Positions 12,302 through 13,299 of a stretch of DNA of 13,299 nt are shown one piece after another; position 1 is the stretch's first letter, and each line of letters starts with the position of its first letter. The translations under genes and the position numbers were made by a program. The stretch lies in IMG/VR virus record IMGVR_UViG_2537561716_000006; one strand, 5' to 3'. The DNA is from a virus (Duplodnaviria > Heunggongvirae > Uroviricota > Caudoviricetes). Below the pieces are notes generated by a model, which did not search any database, had not been told where the DNA came from, and saw nothing but the letters and a program-made list of their open reading frames with translations.

Positions 12302-12627
12302 AAACCTTCCGCTGGAAAGTGAAACCCGGTATGGATGTGGCTTCGGCCCCTTCCGTAAGAAAGGTGCGCTTTGGTGATGGCTATTCCCAGCGAGCGCCTG
12401 CCGGGCTGAATGCCGACCTGAAAACGTACAGCGTGACGCTTTCTGTTCCCCGTTGGGAGGCCACGGCGCTTGAGTCGTTTCTGGCTGAGCACGGGGGCTG
12501 GAAGGCCTTTCTGTGGACGCCGCCTTATGAGTGGCGGCAGATAAAGGTGACCTGCGCAAAATGGTCGTCGCGGGTCAGTATGCTGCGTGTTGAGTTCAGC
12601 GCAGAGTTTGAACAGGTGGTGAACTGA
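12298..12627 (+). CDS. M: Tail tip assembly protein gpM (109 aa)
   Basis: MKTFRWKVKPGMDVASAPSVRKVRFGDGYSQRAPAGLNADLKTYSVTLSVPRWEATALESF... matches lambda gpM at 109 aa. The start overlaps the H stop as ATGA. Confidence 0.93.
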   Translation: MKTFRWKVKPGMDVASAPSVRKVRFGDGYSQRAPAGLNADLKTYSVTLSVPRWEATALESFLAEHGGWKAFLWTPPYEWRQIKVTCAKWSSRVSMLRVEFSAEFEQVVN

Positions 12628-13250
12628 TGCAGGATATCCGGCAGGAAACACTGAATGAATGCACCCGTGCGGAGCAGTCGGCCAGCGTGGTGCTCTGGGA
12701 AATCGATCTGACAGAGGTCGGTGGAGAACGTTATTTTTTCTGTAATGAGCAGAACGAAAAAGGTGAGCCGGTCACCTGGCAGGGGCGACAGTATCAGCCG
12801 TATCCCATTCAGGGGAGTGGTTTTGAACTGAATGGCAAAGGCACCAGTACGCGCCCCACGCTGACGGTTTCTAACCTGTACGGTATGGTCACCGGGATGG
12901 CGGAAGATCTGCAGAGTCTGGTCGGCGGAACGGTGGTCCGGCGTAAGGTTTACGCCCGTTTTCTGGATGCGGTGAACTTCGTCAACGGAAACAGTGACGC
13001 CGATCCGGAGCAGGAGGTGATCAGCCGCTGGCGCATTGAGCAGTGCAGCGAACTGAGCGCGGTGAGTGCCTCTTTTGTACTGTCCACGCCGACGGAAACG
13101 GACGGCGCTGTTTTTCCGGGACGTATCATGCTGGCCAACACCTGCACCTGGACCTATCGCGGCGATGAGTGCGGTTATCACGGTCCGGCGGTCGCGGATG
13201 AATATGACCAGCCAACGTCCGATATCACGAAGGATAAATGCAGCAAATGA
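12627..13250 (+). CDS. L: Tail tip protein gpL, 3'-truncated (207 aa versus about 232 aa in lambda); possibly a pseudogene
   Basis: MQDIRQETLNECTRAEQSASVVLWEIDLTEVGGERYFFCNEQNEKGEPVTWQGRQYQPYPIQGSGFELNGKG... matches lambda gpL up to ...TSDITKDKCSK. The ORF then stops at TGA 13248-13250, which is the first three bases of an apparent IS terminus. Lambda gpL continues with about 25 more residues (CLSGCKFRNN...) as I recall. Confidence 0.85.
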   Translation: MQDIRQETLNECTRAEQSASVVLWEIDLTEVGGERYFFCNEQNEKGEPVTWQGRQYQPYPIQGSGFELNGKGTSTRPTLTVSNLYGMVTGMAEDLQSLVGGTVVRRKVYARFLDAVNFVNGNSDADPEQEVISRWRIEQCSELSAVSASFVLSTPTETDGAVFPGRIMLANTCTWTYRGDECGYHGPAVADEYDQPTSDITKDKCSK

Positions 13251-13299
13251 ACCGCCCCGGAAATCCTGGAGACTAAACTCCCTGAGAAAGAGGTAAACA
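13248..13299 (+). mobile_element. Left terminal inverted repeat region of an IS3-family insertion sequence (IS629/IS1203-like), partial; continues beyond window
   Basis: The sequence TGAACCGCCCCGGAAATCCTGGAGACTAAACTCCCTGAGAAAGAGGTAAACA begins with the IS3-family terminal TG and closely matches my recollection of the IS629/IS1203 left end, where orfA (MTKNTRFSPEVRQ...) starts a few bases later. Collinearity with lambda L breaks exactly here. Recognition is from memory, not a search. Confidence 0.6.

Noticed and set aside
13066-13296. ORF 13066..13296 (+, 76 aa) running through the L 3' end into the IS terminus
   Set aside because: It is out of frame with L, has no ribosome-binding site, and reads across the phage/IS junction, so it is an artefact, not a fusion gene.

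Overview
This window is the head and tail morphogenesis (late) operon of a lambda-type phage or prophage, and I found no novel system in it. Every substantial open reading frame is on the + strand and translates to a protein I recognise from phage lambda, in the canonical order A (5'-partial), W, B, C with nested Nu3, D, E, FI, FII, Z, U, V, G, G-T frameshift product, H, M, L. From memory of lambda coordinates the window is collinear with roughly lambda 791 to 14050, with a 12-nt deficit inside H. The one clearly non-canonical feature is at the 3' edge: gene L ends about 25 codons early, where the sequence switches to what I recognise as the terminal inverted repeat of an IS3-family insertion sequence (IS629/IS1203-like). 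Other points worth noting are the G/T slippery heptamer, the in-frame nested Nu3 start, and two terminator-like hairpins flanking the major capsid gene E. There are no tRNA or rRNA genes, CRISPR arrays or credible minus-strand genes. All homology statements rest on recalled protein sequences, not on a database search.
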